A DNA stretch of 64,000 nucleotides from the human T2T-CHM13v2.0 reference genome, Homo sapiens. How positions within the stretch are numbered: the first letter of the stretch is position 1; every line of letters begins with the position of its first letter. A program made the position numbers and the translations under genes. The notes under the pieces were generated by a model. That model did no database searches. It was not told the DNA's origin and saw only the letters and a list, made by a program, of their open reading frames with translations. The DNA lies in the NCBI RefSeq assembly GCF_009914755.1, contig NC_060927.1. One strand, 5' to 3'. Positions 34,066-51,799 of this stretch are shown here, one piece after another.

Positions 34066-37000
34066 CCCATGAACTTTATGTAAAGGGAGATTAATGAACA
34101 TCATTCTGTGAGGCCTCACTTGCCATTTTGTTTTTATCAGTCTCATTACCCTAAATGGTGGGGTAGGAAAAGGAGTTTTGTTCAAAATCAATGTTTTACA
34201 GCTTTGAGAAGTTATTCTGGGAGACTTCTTGTTAAGTTACAATAGAAAAAGCTTTATTTTGAATAATTTTGTGAAGTTCTGTTTGTTTATTGTGACTTGT
34301 TTTTTTTTTTTTTTTTTTTTTTGCTTATGTACTATGATTATGAGACCTGATGTCTTATGTGGCTTTCAGTTGCCGATAAAGTCATACAAGTTTGCCTAAC
34401 AAAACAAAAATTTTCCCTCAAGCTGAAATTTAAAAATTGTTTATCACATGGAATCTTATATAAGAGATTCTAAGTCACATAATGGACTATGTCTTCACTA
34501 CCATTGTCAAGTAAAAAAAAGAAACATTTTTGAGGTGGACATGTCTTATATTGACTCTCTATAAAAGCTTGCAGCCCAACATTAAATCATATATCCGTGA
34601 AAGTATTTCTGAAAGAAACTAAGCTAATATCACTCAGATGTGTTATTCGAGCTGACCTGACTTGATATGGAGACTCGACTAAGAGAAATTAGAGAAATGA
34701 ATAGTTAATATATTTTTAGCCTCCATTATTATATCTCAACGGAGCTGATGGCAAGTGTTGGCTTACAGTCAACTCTTGATTAGACTTCCTGACATAGCCT
34801 GAAGAAGCAATATTATGTTTTGTTTATTAGAAAGAAATCCTAATGCTTTAGATGCCAAGCATTGAGGCAGCTGGCAAATCTGTTTTAAAAGTGTAGAAGC
34901 CTGTCATATTCTCAGCAAGAGAAACATTGTAAACTATATGTAGGTGAGTCCCAGGCAGATATAGAATTGAATCTCATTTTTTTTTCTTTATAGGAACAGA
35001 CATGGATTTATCTAAATTCCCCTTATGGACAAGCAAAAGTCCTAGGAACTACGACTGAGTTTGGGTGAGACTGGCTCAGGTTTTCCGGCCCGTGTAGTTG
35101 AAGAAATTAACTGTTACCTATGATAAGCCTGCTCAGACAATATTCAATCAAGATCTGAAAGAAATATTCAGTTGAGACTACAACCATTACCATTACTACA
35201 AAGGTTTTGGGGTTTTATTTTATTTTTCTCTGATAAATGTGTAAGAGAAAAATTTGAAATAGAAGTTCATTAGAATAGGTTAACTTAAGGATTATAAGAT
35301 TAAAATACCATTCATTTGAACTTAAATTATACTTTTATACACTTTTTGTATTATAAACAATTTCTGTATTTATCTATTCATAGTGTATTAAGAGTTAATA
35401 GTGAATTATATGTACATGGGCATTGTGGAAGATAATAGGTCAAAAATCAGTCAAAATTCATGGAGAAAGTTGCTAGTACTGCACTTTGAGAAAATAATCA
35501 GGAAAATGGCTTTCTAATTCCGGGTAGGTAAAATATTTCTCATTAATATAAAATACACTAAACTTTGAGTCTATCCTAAGGAAAGTATGTCTGAATTTTT
35601 CGTTACAATAACATAGATATGGTCCAACCACTCAGTGTTGAGATTGAGATATTCTTTTGAAAAAAAAACTTTTCTAAGCTCTTTTTCAGCTTTAAATTTT
35701 AAAATCGATGAAGTTACTGGATCTATCTTAAAGAAAATCCTGGAAGTTAGAAAATGTAAATGAGTACATCATAAAACTGTAAAACCTAGAGAAATGATAT
35801 GCTTAGTCATCATTAGATGATTTCAATCAATCATTCACATTACAGAAGTAATTCCATGAGAAACAGTATTCCCTGCCCTATCTTCATTATTAGATTGGGC
35901 CTGACTGCTTAGCCCAGGCCTCCTATTGATTTAATTCATTTTTTAAATAAATGAGTTATTTCATAAAAGAATTTAAAACTAATACATTTATGTGTGACTT
36001 CATCTGATTTCCATTTGAGTTGTTGTCTGTCTTTGCCAATTATTTTAATTATATTTTATTTTATTTCTGTTTTTTCAACTTCCTGGAGGTCTTGTTCAAG
36101 AAACAGGGTTGAAAGATGTGGTTTAAGGGCAGAGTAGTTAAAATTTATTTAAGCCTTCCTATCAACAGTTCTTTCTAAAAGATAGTTGAGAGGATTTGTC
36201 ATAATTCTTTGGTCTCAGAACGTTACCTGCAAAACTAAAGCAACTCTTTCTCTATTTTAACCTTCTGTCCATTGGTCAGATTCATTGACGGCAGTATGAA
36301 GGACAAGATTAAGAGTATAAGGACTGTGATTATTTTCAACTCTGATGATAATACCCAATTCTGGAATTGGGCCAAACAACTAAAAAAGGATGATTATTAT
36401 TAAGAAATAATGTTGGGCTTTTAGTTGGAGATAATCCTTTAGATTTATTCCTTAGACCATGTGTAGGAGAGATACAATTTTCAGCATATATTAATAATTT
36501 ATCCCTTAACTCCCAACTCTACTCAACAATGCCACCTTCCTCATCTCAGTGCTCCAATTTCATCTGGGTTCCCACCTTCTTCCTTGCAACCATGTGCTCA
36601 AAAGAGGTGACTATCCCCAGCCCTAATCCCCACTCCCATCCTCATGAGAAAGTCAAAATAATGACATGAACTCTATTATAATTTATCTTGTAGCTTAAAA
36701 AACCCTCAAAATGAAAATACATTGTGGAAAATCTCTGAAAGAATACATAAATGAAATCAGTATAATGAGCAGTGATCCTCCATTCTTTCACTATCACTAA
36801 CCCTTTAAGCCATGTCCCTCCTTTGGTGTATCTGTATGAATCACCGAGGGACAAATTCTCTGCTTAACCCTGTAATAATTCTGGGGACATAAAAGAGGTG
36901 GAATCACTTAACGTATTTCTTGAAGATATTTCATTTAAAATATTTTAAATTAGCTTTAGTTAATTTAAAGAGCTTCGGGATCTTTTATTTCTAATCAGTA

Positions 37001-37769
37001 TCCTTCACAGAAACTAACCAAACAATTGCAGAAGCCTTTGGGAGCCCTCATTCTTACAAGGGCAAGGCTTTGTGGCTGCTTCAGCATGAAGGCAAAAGAG
37101 ATTGGCAACTCAGCTGACAAACTCCCCTTTACAACACAGCAGAAAGAAAAAAACATCTGCTTAAGTGAAAACATGAGGGCAAACACCTTTCTTTTTGAAA
37201 AAAATACCCTTGATGAGTCATAGTGGGTCTTTCAGATGAGAAGTATGAGAGTCCCTAGGCAGCTAGATTTCTAATTCCCTATATAATAAAGGGAGGGCAA
37301 TACAACAGAGGAAGTGTAAGGTGGGGAGAAGGGAGAGACAGAGAGAGAACAACAACAAAAAAAGATGATCTACAGTCTTCTTACTATCAAACTCTTCCAG
37401 GGCAGCAGTAGCTCAGTACAGGAGAAAACACTCAGAGATACAGAAAATATATGGCCTCATGTATGCTGTGATTTGAGTAAAAACACAAGAAAAAGAAAGA
37501 GCAACAGCAATAGCACCACGGTCTCTACAATTGAAGCCAAAATTCTAACATTTTAAGGACTGGATTCTAAGCAATTTTAAATAGAAAAAATAAGTTCATT
37601 ACAGTGAACATATCAACCTGGATCAAACCACTATGGATAACGTGAGATAGCAGTAATAACATTGATTAAAGAAACAAAAAGAAGATGACCAAAGAACATA
37701 TAAGAGGTTCCAAAGCTGGACAGAAACACTAGCAGAGTCACTAAGTGACTGGGAAGTGATTCTGTGCAG

Positions 37770-37960
37770 AAAGCAGTGTGGTATAGTGAATTGAGGATGA
37801 GGTTTGCTACAAAGAGATGTGGGTTCAAAATCTGACTCTAGTAAACCAGTGATGTGAGCTTTGGCAAATTTATTTCCCCCCCCTTAAACCTCAGTTTCTC
37901 TATTTATAAAAAGTCATATGACCTTTATAAAGGTCCTGGAACACATTAGGAACTTACTTC
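37770..37960 (+). mobile_element. MIR SINE
   Basis: 'gggttcaaaatctgactct...ttggcaaattt...cctcagtttctctatttataaaa'. Confidence 0.65.
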
Positions 37961-38088
37961 ATCATTAAATATTGGCACTAATATTCAGATATATTCAGAT
38001 ATCCTTTATTTTTTACAAATCTATATTGACCATTTGATTCATATATTTATGCCTGTATTAACTGCTGTTTTATAAAATTGATTATAGT

Positions 38089-38479
38089 ATATATTAGTCA
38101 GTTTTCACACTGCTATAAAAAAAATACCTAAGACTGAGTAATTTATAAAGACGAAGAGGTTTAATTGGCGCATGTTTCTGCCAGCTGTATAGGAAGCATG
38201 ACATCTTCTGGTGGGGAGTTCAGGAAACTTTCAATCATGGCAGAAGGCAAAAGGGAAGCAGGCACATCTTACGTGCCCAGAGCAGGACGAAGAGAATGAG
38301 ATGGAGGTGCCACACACTTTTAAACAGCCAGATCTCATAAGAACTCACTATCACAAGAACAGCACTAACAGGTAAATCTGTCCCCATGATCCAATCACCT
38401 CCCACCAGGCCCCACCTCCAATATTGTGGATTACAATTCAACATGAGATTTGGGTGAAGACACAGATCCAAATCATATC
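38089..38479 (-). mobile_element. MSTA-like MaLR solo LTR
   Basis: 'tattagtcagttttcacactgctataaa...catggcagaaggcaaaagggaagcaggcac...gacacagatccaaatcatatca'. Confidence 0.88.
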
Positions 38480-38550
38480 ACAGTGGATTTATTGACTAAT
38501 CCTTTGTTGTCATTGTACAATCCTGAGATTAAAAAAAGAACTTCAGAGGA

Positions 38551-38872
<322 letters not shown>

Positions 38873-40131
38873 CTCCAGCTCTTGCTAAGGAGAAGTATTC
38901 GGTTGTGTTGGATTCAACCAGCGTATCTATACCCTGGTGCCCAAATTGGGTAGACACATCACTTATATTTCATTTCATTTCACCACAGCGATAAGAAATA
39001 GAAACTTGAAGCATTTTGTATGTTTCTGAAATACAATAAATCTTAATAAATTATGTCATCTTTATGCCACAAAAGCTCCCTGAACAACAAATGTGTTGAA
39101 ATAGTCCACAACATAATATCAAAATATTTTCTCTGTTTTCAAATCTGTTCTTACATAGGTTTTCACTGTGTGTCTCTTTAGCACAGCTTTTGCTGGCATC
39201 AGTTATCTAAAAACAAGCTCTGGCATACTTTTTATCATGTAGACGTGTGCACTAAAAGCTTAGAACATTAACTGCAGAGTTAGAACTGAAATAAAGTGAT
39301 ACTAAGCCAGAATATTTCAAATAAATTTGCTACAGTTGTGTGTGCATATCTCAATGTAGCCCACCCTCTGGTATCCTCCACAAGGTCTCCACCCTGCCTG
39401 CCAATATTCGGTTTATTAGATTTGACCGAATGAAATATTTTGATTTGCATTAAACAGTTTTTGTTTGTTTTTTTGGCTTGAGATTCTGTGATCACTGAAA
39501 AATGCTAATGTCATGTACACCAGCCAAACAGTTTTGCTCATAAATATTGGATATACTACTATTTTGCATGTTTTATACATCTTTTTAATTTTAACATTTA
39601 ACTGAGCACAATATTATTTACTTTCATTACTCACTAACCTAGAAATAGAAATATAAATGGGATGATACGATGATTGTGATTTTTTTATATTAACTATCAA
39701 TATTAAGTGATAGTAAAAAAGAAAAATAATTCTCATTGTGATAGGAGCAGGAAAACAGGTCTTGAAAACAGAACAAATTACCTGGTTACATTCAGTGTGC
39801 CAAAAGTTTCCATGAGTTATTTTGCTAAGAATAATATCATTATCTTCCACTTAATAATTATTGTCTTGAGTGATTTTTTTTATTTTTGGTTTTTAGAAAA
39901 TCCTTACTTTTGGTCAACAGCTTGGCCTCGCTACTTACAATTTCTCTGACTCGTTAATAGAATAGCAAGTTGAAAACAAAGGCTTTGTGATACTCTAAAT
40001 TACTTATGTGAAGCTCCATATATTTTTTTTTAATTTTACTGGTTCCATATACATCAAGTATTTTATAATATTTTACATTTCCTATCAACACTCCAACCTA
40101 TGGCTTAAACTTTAAAACAAAAGCCAACTAA

Positions 40132-40277
<146 letters not shown>

Positions 40278-42236
40278 AAAAGAAGGTCTTGCACATCTCT
40301 CACATTAAACCATTAAACCAAAATCTAGAAATTATTAAGTTTGGTGAGGAAGGCATGACAAAAGCTAAGATGGGCAGAAAGCCAGGCCTCCTGCAACAAA
40401 CAGCCAAGTTATGAATGCAAAGAAAAAGTTCTTGAAGAACATTAAAAGTGCTACTTCAATGTACACACAAATGATAAGAAAGCCAAACAGCCTTATTACT
40501 GATATGAAGAACATCTTAGTGGTTTGGATAGAAGATCAAATCAGCCACATTATTTCCATAAGCCAAACCCTAATTCAGAGGAAGGCCCTAATTCTCCTTA
40601 ATTCTGTGAAGGCTAAAAGAGGTGAGGAATCTGCAGAAGAAGTTTGAAGCTAACAGAGGTTAGTTCATGAGATTAAAGGAAAGAGACTGTCTCCAGAACA
40701 CAAAAGTGCAAGGCGAAGCAGCAAGTGCTAATATAGAAGCTGCAGCAAGTTATCCAGATCTAGTTAAAATAATTGATAAAGGTGACTACACTAAACAATA
40801 GATTTTAAGTGTAGATGAAACAGTCTTCTATTGGAACAAGATGCCATCTAGGACTTTCAGGGCTAAAGAGGAGAAGTCAATGCCCAGCTTCAAAGATTCA
40901 AAGGACAAGCTGACTCTCTTGCCAGGGGCTAATGCAACCAGTTATCTTAAGGTGAAGTCAGTTTTCATTTATCATTCTGAAAATCCTAGGGGCCTTAAGA
41001 ATTATGCTAAATCCACCCTGCCTGTACTCTATAAATTAAGACCTGGATTACAACAAAACTTTTTACAGCATGGTATACAGAATATTTTAAGCCCATTGTT
41101 GAGACCTGCTGCTTGGAAAACAAAATTTTCTTTCAAAATATTACTCCCCATTGACAATGTACCTAGTAATGCAAGAACTCTGATGCAGATATATAAGGAG
41201 ATGAATGTTGTTTTCATGCCTGCCGACACCACATACATTCTGCAGCCCATGGACCAAGAAGTAATTTCAACTTTCAAGTTTTATTATTTAAGAAGTATAG
41301 TTCATATAAATGCCATGGATAGTGATTCCTCTAATGGATTTTGGCAAAGTAAATTGAAAACCTTCTAGAGATAATTCACTATTTTAGACACTATTAAGAA
41401 CATTGGTGATTCATGGGAGTAAATCAAAACATCAACATTAACAGGAGTTTGGAAGAAGTTCATTCCAGCCTTTATGGAAGACCTGACTGGTTCAAGACTG
41501 CAGTGGAAGAAGGACCTGCAGATGTGGTAGAAATAGCATGAGCTAGAATTAGAAGTGGAGCCTGAAGATGTGACTGAATTGCTGCAATCTCATGATAAAA
41601 TGTGAACAGAAGAGGAGTTGCTTTTTACAGATGAGCCAAAAAAGTGGTTTCTAGAGATGGAATCTATTCCTGATGAAGATCCTGTGAACATTGTTGAAAT
41701 TATAACAAAGCCTTTAGAATATTACATGAACTTAGTTGACAAAGCAGCAGCAGAGTTTGTGAGGTTTCACTCCAATTTTGAAAAAAATTTCTATTGTGAG
41801 TAAAAGGCTACCAACACCATCATATTCTAAGGATAATCTTTCATGAAAGAGTCAGTCAATGTGGCAAACTTCACTGGTGTCCTATTTTAAGAAATTGCCA
41901 CACCCATCCCAACCTTCAGCAAAGCAACCACTTCCCTGATCTGTCAGGAATCACTAACATCTAGGCAAGACCCTGCACCAGCAAAAAAAATGACACTAGC
42001 TGAAGGCTCAGATGACTGTTAGCATTTTTCAGCAATAAAGTACTTTTAAATTAGGGTCTGTACATTGTTTTCAGACATGCTATTGCACCCTTAATAGACT
42101 ACAGTACAGTATAACCATAACTTTATATGCACTGGGAAACAAAAAAAAAATTGTGTGACTCACTTCACTTTATTGCAATATTTGCTGTATTGCAGTGGTC
42201 TGGAACAAAATCTGCAATATCTCCAAGGTATACTTG
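40278..42236 (+). mobile_element. Tigger1 (pogo/TcMar) DNA transposon, 5'-truncated, transposase pseudogene
   Basis: ORFs 40411, 40841 and 41618 give CENPB-HTH/DDE transposase pieces ('LVVWIEDQ', 'KDKLTLL.GANA', 'LQPMDQEVI'); right TIR '...atctccaaggtatacttg' followed by TA. Confidence 0.92.
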
Positions 42237-42739
42237 TAATAACTTAAGACACAAATTTCACAATTGCAGCTCATGTTTACAATTTGACTGTAACAAATGT
42301 TGTAGAAATACACAAATACTTAAATAGGCAGTAATTTTACACATCTATCCTATTTTCCCAAAATATGCACACTGATTTAGGATGCACACATTTTCCTGTG
42401 ATTTCTGGCTCACCCTGTAGTCAAAGCACAGCGGAGAATAATGGCTTCAGCCATTCCCAGAGGGAAAGCAAGAAAGGTCCAAATGGTCACTCAGACAAAC
42501 TGACTTGGAAAATGAGACCTTTGGGCACCACATGTGCAACACCACCAGAAGCAAAATGAATCACTGTAATAGAGTCAGCCACCTCAGTTTACATGGTAAA
42601 CGATGTGTTCAGGCTTGTTTTCAGATAACTTTTGGCATTCAGTTCTTTGAAATCCCCAGGAGAGCTCAGGAGGGCACATGTATTTAATCATTGAGTATTT
42701 ATTGCAAAGCTGCACAGTGAAGTGGACAAGAATAAGAAG

Positions 42740-42930
42740 TGAGTGTAGCCACATATAATCTTTGGCTATGGCACTTACTATGTACCCATTGGCAACTTTT
42801 TATACTTCTTCGAACTTCTGTTTCTTTAAGTGCAAATTGAAAAAAATAATTTAATGAGGATTTTGATGATTAAATAAGAAAACACATGTAACATACAACC
42901 ACTAGTAAAGTTTCAATAAGCACTAGCAAT
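42740..42930 (+). mobile_element. MIR SINE (decayed)
   Basis: 'ttggcaactttt...cttctgtttctttaagtgcaaattg...tcaataagcactagc'. Confidence 0.5.
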
Positions 42931-42994
42931 TATAATGCTTACAATTGTAATGCCATTAAAGATATATACATTAGTATAAGACAAGAACAAATAT

Positions 42995-43078
42995 TTTAAG
43001 TTGCTTGGGAGCAACTAAACTTGAAATCTTAAACTTAAACTTAAGATTTTATGTTTAGTTGCTCCCAAGCAACTTAAA
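42995..43078. repeat. Inverted repeat, 38-bp arms, 8-nt loop
   Basis: 42995-43032 versus 43041-43078, 2 mismatches by manual comparison. Confidence 0.9.
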
Positions 43079-43185
43079 TTATTGGGAGCACTAGACTTAA
43101 AGTCTTAAAATATTCATCCACTCATTCATTGCATTGATGTTTTTCTTACACTCTCCTCATCAAAGATTATATTAAATGCTGATGT

Positions 43186-43496
43186 AGCTGGGCGTGGTGG
43201 CTGATGCCTGTAATCACAGCACTTTGGGAGGCCAAGGCAGGTGAATCACTTGAGGTTAGGAATTCAAAACCAGCCTGGCCAACATGGTGAAACCCCATCT
43301 CTACTGAAAATACAAAAATTAGCCAGGCATGGTAGCACCTGCCTGTAAATCCCAGCTACTCAGGAGGCTGAGGCACAAGAATCACTTGAACCTAGGAGGC
43401 GGAGTTTGCAGTGAGCTGAGATAGTGCCACTGCACTCCAGCCTGGGCAGCAGAGTGAGACTCCATCTAAAAAAAAAAAAAAAAAGGAAAAAAAAAA
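43186..43496 (+). mobile_element. AluS (Sx/Sz-like)
   Basis: Full dimeric Alu with A tail. Confidence 0.92.
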
Positions 43497-43498
43497 TT

Positions 43499-43791
43499 GG
43501 CCGAGCCCAGTGGCTCACGTCTGTAATTCCAGCACTTTGGGAGGCCAAGGCGGGTGGATCACGAGGTCAGGAGATCGAGACCAGCCTGGCTAACATGGTG
43601 AAACCCCGTCTCTACTAAAAATACAAAAAGTTAGCCGGGTGTGGTGGTGTGCACCTGTAATCCCAGCTACCCAGGAGACTGAGGCAGGAGAATCGCGTGA
43701 AATCAGGAGGCGGAGGTTTCAGTGAGCCGAGATCATGCCATTGCACTCCAGCCCAGGTGACAGTGTAAGACTACATCTCAAAAAAAAAAAA
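43499..43791 (+). mobile_element. AluS (Sc-like), directly in tandem with the preceding Alu
   Basis: 'ggatcacgaggtcaggagatcgagacc' plus A tail. Confidence 0.92.
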
Positions 43792-44564
43792 CCTTGTAAT
43801 AATACAAGGTGAAACACCTCAGTATAATATACTAGAAAATCATACTTTTAAAGTCAAAACTTGAATCTTAGATGTATTGCGTATTGATTTGGGACAACTG
43901 TTTAAACATTCTAAGCTTTAGTTTCTTAGATTTTAGAACAGAGATACTAATGGGAATATTTTGAGTTTTTCATGTATTTATTTAGCATATGGTAAATGTT
44001 AAATCAGTATTTTAGAATAGATAATATATGGAATGGGAGAGAGATATTAAATGTGTAGCACAAATTGTCAGAATTAAGAGAAACAGGAGACATGATGGCT
44101 AGAATTATTAAAGAAAAAATTTTAAAAATAAAATTAAAATATAATTTTATTATTGAACTTTAAAACAAGAAGAGAATTTGACTCAAGCAAATGCATGGCC
44201 AAACTATAGAAAGAAATCTCAATCAGATGGCACACCATCTTAAATGCCCCATTGAAGAGTTTGAATTCAAAGAGAAATTATTGGAATATATAATAATTGG
44301 GAATAACATGATTAATTCAGTGTTTTACATATTAGGCGTTACATAAATTTTTCATGTGAAGGATTTTATAATATATATAAGGTGGATGGAAAAAGGAAGA
44401 AACTAATGACAGGAAGAATGATTAGGAAACCATAACCGTTGGTACTATCATAAGATGATAAGAGTCAGACAAAGTTGAAAGCAGTGAGATCTGAGATACA
44501 TTTCAAAGGATCAATCCAATGGTCTTGTTTGATTGCTTGCTTGCTTGTTTTGCAAAAGAACTTA

Positions 44565-47696
<3,132 letters not shown>

Positions 47697-48019
47697 AGGA
47701 TGTATATTGAAACAGAATAGAAGAATTTTCAAGAGCTGAGAATCTGATTGTAGGCAGATGACAATGACAAAAATGAAGAGTATCATAGTGACAATTATGT
47801 TGATAATGTTAGTTTTAATCTAGCTTATTCTGATGCAATGCTATAAGACATCAAGTGGAACTGGCCAATAGGATAAAAATGTAGGGTTAGTATGAATTTG
47901 GAGTACTACTTAAACATGTATGAGCTACAGTTATCCATCAAGGACATTTGTTTAAAGAAAGATTACCACTAAAAACTAAACTAACAGCAAACTTTAGGTT
48001 CACAGGGAGATTGGAACAG

Positions 48020-48152
48020 AGGGAGCTAGGAAAGAAAAAATAAAAAAGAAAGGAGGGAAGGGAAAGGAAGGGGAAAGGCAAAGGGAAATAAAAGGGGAAA
48101 GGAAGGGAGGGAGGTAGGTACAGAGGAAAGAAGGGAGTGAGGGAAGGAGGGG
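48020..48152. repeat. GA-rich low-complexity purine tract
   Basis: Directly visible; lies within decayed L2-like sequence. Confidence 0.8.
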
Positions 48153-51100
48153 CTTTTTCAAAAATGGACAAAAAGAAGAAAGATGTCTACAACTTGGGTC
48201 TTTGTTAATACCCCTGGCTAGAAAACAAGGAATCAATGGTAAGGGACTGTGAAAGGGCCACTGAATTTGTTCTAACAAAGCTGTAGAAATAGAGCAAGAA
48301 AAGATCAGTGATATTGAAGTTAAAGAAGCAGTTTCCATATGAATACAGAGGAAATGTTTTGTGATTTGGCAAGAAGGAAACCACAACACAGTTTCAGTAC
48401 ACTGGCAAAGACTGAAGTCAGATTTAAGAAAGTTAAGATAGGAACAGGTAATAAGGAGTATGTTTCTGAGAGAAGTGATCTTCATAGAGCTTTCTAGAAA
48501 ATCTTCCATGAAAGCTTAGAATTTAAATTTGGCACAACACTCAGACTATTCCTTATGCATGGATAATTCACATACCACTGTTCTTTCAAAGACTCTATTG
48601 TTTTCTTTCCTGCATCAGTCCTTAAAATCTGTACTCAAGTTCCTGATACCAAACACAGCTTTCACAGGGCTGTGGAAAGTGGAGAACACCTTAACTGAAG
48701 TTGGTTTACTCTAGTTTAGCAACCACAGGTTACTAATCAGCCATGACTGCCTTCCAAACATCTTTCTCTGAGCTATTTTACCCCCACTAAATGATGCAGC
48801 CTCTAGGAATGTAGAGGCAGATGATTACATTTTCTCTTTTAGGGATGAAAAAGCTGTATCATTGTTCAATATGGCAAAATTTGGTAGGGAATAATATTTG
48901 AAACAAATTCGACTGTCTTCATGAAGGAGAAAATTATTCCATCAATGGCTCAGTTTTCAAATTTTAGTTGCTTTCAGAGATTTTGTTCATCTCTGGAAAA
49001 TACATCTTCTAATTTTCCATTTTTTTTCCTTATTCCCTCCTTTGGGGAGGTAACTTTTCTCTATTTCTGTGGTACAGGATTAATTAAGCATTGGTTTCCC
49101 TGGCCCCAGGGATACCAAGTAGAGTACTTCTTCACCCTGACACAGTGACTGGTCCAGCGTTAAGACTATGAACTCACTGGGCCAGATGAATTTTTTGGGG
49201 AGAGAGATAAGGATACTGTGTGTGAGAGAAAGGATGAGACTTTTTCTTCTTATTTGAATGAACTGTGAGAACCATGTCAGTCTTCTTACCATGAAAAAGG
49301 GGAAATTCTGTCCTATAGTCTGAAAAAAAAATCTTTAACAAAGTAGGGGTGGGTATTTTAACAATCTCTGAGAGTCTTTATTTCAAAAGTCATCTTCTGG
49401 TCTACCAAGACTACACACATGAAATCGGTGATTTGATATACTTCTTCTTTCTTCTGTAATACTTAAGTTAATTTGTCTTTTCAGAGGTAGTATGTCCTTT
49501 AGCTTCACCGGTCATGCCAAATCCAATATCTATTGCTTCTGTGAGCTGCATGATCCAGGCTTTCACTTCCAAGCCCAGTCCAAGCAGAATGTAGTGATCT
49601 CTTATCTTCAGTGCTTGATTTATTCCAGTTTTTAAGTATAGAAACTACAACAAGTTTCCAAAATACTGTCCAAGATAGTATTTGTCAGGATCCTACACCT
49701 GAGTAAGTACAAAGCTGCTTCTAAGATTACTCCCTTAGGATAACCATTAATTTCTTTTTCTATAAATTGCTTAATGATTTAGTGTTAATGGTTTCTCAAA
49801 AATTGGTCTTTTAAAAGGAGTTTTTTGAGGCCATGGTAATTGGAATTGAAATGAAAATAATTGTGAAATTTTTCTGCTGTCTAAAAGTTTTTTAAGTATC
49901 CCTGCAATTATTAGACTGATGCTAAAAAGCAAGGATGGCATTTCATATACAAGTTATCACTAAGCTTCCGGGTGAATTGTGTGTATGTACTAATTGTGTG
50001 TACAACAAGGGCACAACTTCATTAATGGTATAATATGCTATCTTTAAAGTGTTTTACTGTAAATTATAGTATGAGGACATTTGAAATAAATCATAGCAAT
50101 AAAAGAAAAAATATTCTCCCTAAATTATTCTTAAAATGGAGATCATAGAAATCATTACAATTAATAATATTATTTTCTAAAAACTTTAAATCACTAAAAA
50201 TGATGACAAACATATAATAGTCACAATGAAATATATTCTGAGTATTTCCCTTAATGTTTGCAATTAATATAATTTCCTGCTAATAAAGTAATATATTCAT
50301 TATTTATTACATTGTATTATATATATGACATGTTTTATTGCATATGTTTTATTGCTCTTGTTTTATATTATACTAGACATAGATGTATTGAAAATGAGAA
50401 ATTCTATAGAAACATAAATTTTCAGCAAGTAGTACTATTTTTAATAAATGTCTAAGTCTGTAAAAACTGAATATATTTCTGTAGAAAAAAATAATGAAGC
50501 TTTACCTATCCAATAATTGGACTAGAATCCTATATTTTAAAAAGCAAATGAATTGGAAATTATTTAAAGGTTTGTTTTGTGCCAATTCTTGTGAATACGA
50601 ACGTAGAAACAGGGATGATATGTGAGTAGATTTAACTTTACTAATTCATTTTGATTAATCGGGGCTGACTATCAACAATGTACAAAGAATCTTAATCACA
50701 TGAGAAAATATGTTGGTAATATCCATGCATTGTCTTCTTACAGTAAATAGCAGTTTATAACACAAAATAACTCATCAAAAGAAAATTAGGAAACATGAAA
50801 CACACCCAGAAGATTCACATTATCAGCAACATCTCTTGCACATTCTTATCCTAAATTTCATTGAGTCATTCTGTCTATAACAGAGCAAATACCATTACTG
50901 CTACTTTTATTGCCTTATCTATTTTTTAACTTTGTCACATTTGGGGGATTTATACTTAGTTTCTTATTTTAATGCCTTAATATAGTTATGCTTCATAAGA
51001 CCAAAGTGGTAGGCCAATTTAAGATCGATTATTTTACTATCATTCCTTCCAGTGCCTCAACTTTCATTTTATTGCCTTGAAAATAAAATATATAGAAAAA

Positions 51101-51799
51101 AATGTTTCTTTATTTCTGGATTCTGCTACATAATCAACTACCACAATTTTGCAAGTTTGTTTACTGGTCTTCAAAAACATATGACTCAGAGGGGTCAATG
51201 AGCATAAGGGGAAACAGCTTGCTGTTACAGGTATTTCTTTTTATTGTATCACGTTATCTTGTTTCTATCTACTTTGTGATAAAAATCCAGTGATTTTTTT
51301 AAAGTTTTTTTTCCAATCCACTTAAAATTCCCAATAATATCTAGTTTATCTTTCTGAGTTTCTTTTTAACATATGTTCTCAGTCACTCATTCAAGTCTGC
51401 ATCTGTTCATTATCTAGTATATCGTGTCCTCAATATCAACTCAGAAAAAAATTAGAGCTTAGTTTTAAATAATTACGCGTTGCGGTAATGAATCAACTTC
51501 TGTTTCAAATTATTTTTTTCCTTAGAAAGAATTACAGTAGTATACTTAGTACTTAGTACACTTAGAAGTTAGTTTTATACAGTGTTTCAACCTGGTAAGT
51601 TGATCTACAGGGAAACTCAAGGAACCATTACCATTCTCTGGACTGTATCATTATTTCTCTTTGAAATATAATTAATAGTGCATTAAAAATATACATTCCC
51701 TGTATGTGTGGTACACCTAAGCTCACAAAGAATTCAATTTCTCTCTCATGTAACAAGTACATTTTTTTAATAAGTAAGGAATAAAAGAAATATCCAAAC

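Noticed and set aside
40411-41803. Domesticated TIGD-like transposase gene
   Set aside because: Reading frame broken into several pieces, N-terminus missing; ordinary Tigger1 fossil.
48000-48509. 169-aa minus-strand ORF
   Set aside because: Spans a GA-rich low-complexity tract and decayed L2-like sequence; no protein-like features.
49470-49640. Possible coding exon after 'tttgtcttttcag'
   Set aside because: The frames I translated on both strands gave no recognisable protein and no clear matching donor.
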